From: Anthoceros angustus
Taxonomy: Eukaryota; Plantae; Anthocerotophyta
Assembly: GCA_010909165.1 (NCBI GenBank)
Contig: MU008167.1
Span: forward strand, 1,364,001 to 1,428,000
DNA: 64,000 bases
Direction of reading: 5' to 3'
In this document: piece after piece, positions 62,291 through 64,000 of the stretch
Layout of the letters: every line of letters begins with the position of its first letter
How positions within the stretch are numbered: position 1 is the stretch's first letter
Translations under genes and position numbers: made by a program
The notes under the pieces: generated by a model
The model's input: the letters and a program-made list of their open reading frames with translations, nothing else
Told to the model about the DNA's origin: nothing
The model's database searches: none

Positions 62291-64000
62291 CAAAAAGTTA
62301 GAATTCAAACTAGAAAAATAAATTTTATACATACTCTGGATAGCATGACATTACTCTCAGCTTTAGCCTTGCAACTAGGTGGAAGGCATTTCTAAAGGAG
62401 TTTGTGGTCCTAGCATCCTGTGCACTAGGTCCTACATCAAGTTTTGAAGGTGTCTATCTACTATTTTTTGTGGCAGTGATTGTTTTAGTTTTATGAGCGG
62501 AGGTTGAAGATGGTGAGGTAGACATCGTTCATTTGGTCCCTGCATGCACACCATGTCCAGCAGGCTTGCCTGCACTTTGAGTGAAATCATCCAAGTTAGT
62601 TTCATTTTTAAGATGGGCGTCCAAGTCCATATATTCAGTGTCATGAGGGTGGATAAGCTCTTCCTCAACAACGTGCACGGGGGTTGAACCTTTCAAATTG
62701 ATGGGCTATTGGGTTGGCTGTAGAGTGTCTTCTACCTCAATTCAATGTCTACAGGCTCACCATGCAAAGGTGAGGTGAAGTTATCATCAAGTAACATTTG
62801 TAGCTGTCCTCCAGATGTGTCTTGTATGCCATGCTTGTACTAAAAATGGGGCTGCACATTTGCTTTCGTTCCAAACAGCTTGTCCATTCGATGAAAGTAC
62901 AGGCATAAGAGTTACACCTTTTTGTCGAGCATATGAATTATCTTTGCTCTATCAATATCATCTATGCCAAAACTTGTTGTCCCCATCAGTGCCTTTGTCT
63001 TCACATCTGCTTGTAAGTTTTGGATCTTTCCCTCCCTTGCTCGCTTGTGTGACGTGTTCTACCATTTGTTTTAGCCCGCTGCGGATGTCAGATGGCTATG
63101 GCCAATAGATGTCTTACCTTCCTCTCCCCATATCATAGGTCTGTTTGTAGGATTTTCCATCCAAGTAACAATGGTATCAAAGTTTGCCAACGTCAGGTGT
63201 GCCTGTTTTGTTGTAGAGTGCAACATTTTAAGGGCAGGCAGCCCCTTTTTCTTGACAATTTTTTTGCCCTGTGATAATATATAGAAGATGTAGTGTTCTC
63301 CATGCTAAAGCGCTGCAAAATCACATATCATTGTGAAAAAAGTGAGACCAAAAACCTCACCATCATTGCTAATTAGAAGCTGAACAATGGCAAATTAGTT
63401 GAGGATGAAGGTGATAAAAGTCATAATTGCCAAGGCGACAGTGGGCGCCCTCCCGCCTCGCTCGCCCAGGTCAGACTCCTACCGTTACGCGCTACCGCCT
63501 CGCTCGCCCAAGCCGTGCTCTTACCGCTTTGCTCGCCCAGGCCGTGCTCCTACGGCATGAGCCGCACCTCGGGTCACCCGGCCACCGCTTTACAAAATTT
63601 AATACGCTGAGGTGGCTTGGTCTGATACGACGCATTGTACTTCAAGAAAAAACCCTCCCAAACACAAATACGGCGTATGTAATAGGCGTCCAATCTCAAC
63701 TATGACACGCCCTATTGAGCTAGATCTGATTTACTATCTTATTGGGTATGTAAAATCTCTTACGCAAGCTTCGGTTCCATAAAGTTTGCGTCCGGTTTCT
63801 ATTCGGGCACACTCAGAGTGAACTGCGAGTACTGGACCGTAAGTGGCGAAGAGCCGTGAAATCACGGGAGACGATTCTGATAATCGTGCCCACTTGGGTG
63901 GATCCCGTCCTGAATTCTTGCAGGGAACCTCGATTGAATGCTGAATCCCTGATGCTGTTCCACGGCAAGGACTGTGGAAGCAGGATTGGTTGGAATGTTG

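Overview
Eukaryotic, non-seed land-plant nuclear DNA, most likely a hornwort. This is inferred from a PLS-class PPR gene with 37-aa L motifs and a PGxSWW box. Bases 1-48500 are a retrotransposon-rich repeat block in which every coding region is broken by small indels, probably partly unpolished long-read consensus error. Its core is a near-complete minus-strand Ty3/Gypsy element (8729-28647) of the non-chromovirus Athila/Tat-like type: PBS, gag with CCHC, protease DTG, RT, RNase H, integrase with GPY, PPT. Its LTRs appear to be about 4.46 kb long and to carry a long, sense-strand coiled-coil ORF in U3. Two diverged relatives of that LTR (28767-31900, 38589-42065) keep a peptide motif of this ORF with synonymous changes. 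A ~4.8 kb unit containing an F-box gene and flanked by palindromic tandem repeats occurs three times, next to a two-knuckle gag-like sequence. Bases 48500-64000 hold an intact 1352-aa PLS-E+ PPR RNA-editing-type gene with a truncated WW-type DYW domain, several tandem repeats and a PIF/Harbinger transposase pseudogene. No rRNA, tRNA or CRISPR array was seen. All calls were made by eye, and boundaries inside repeats are approximate.
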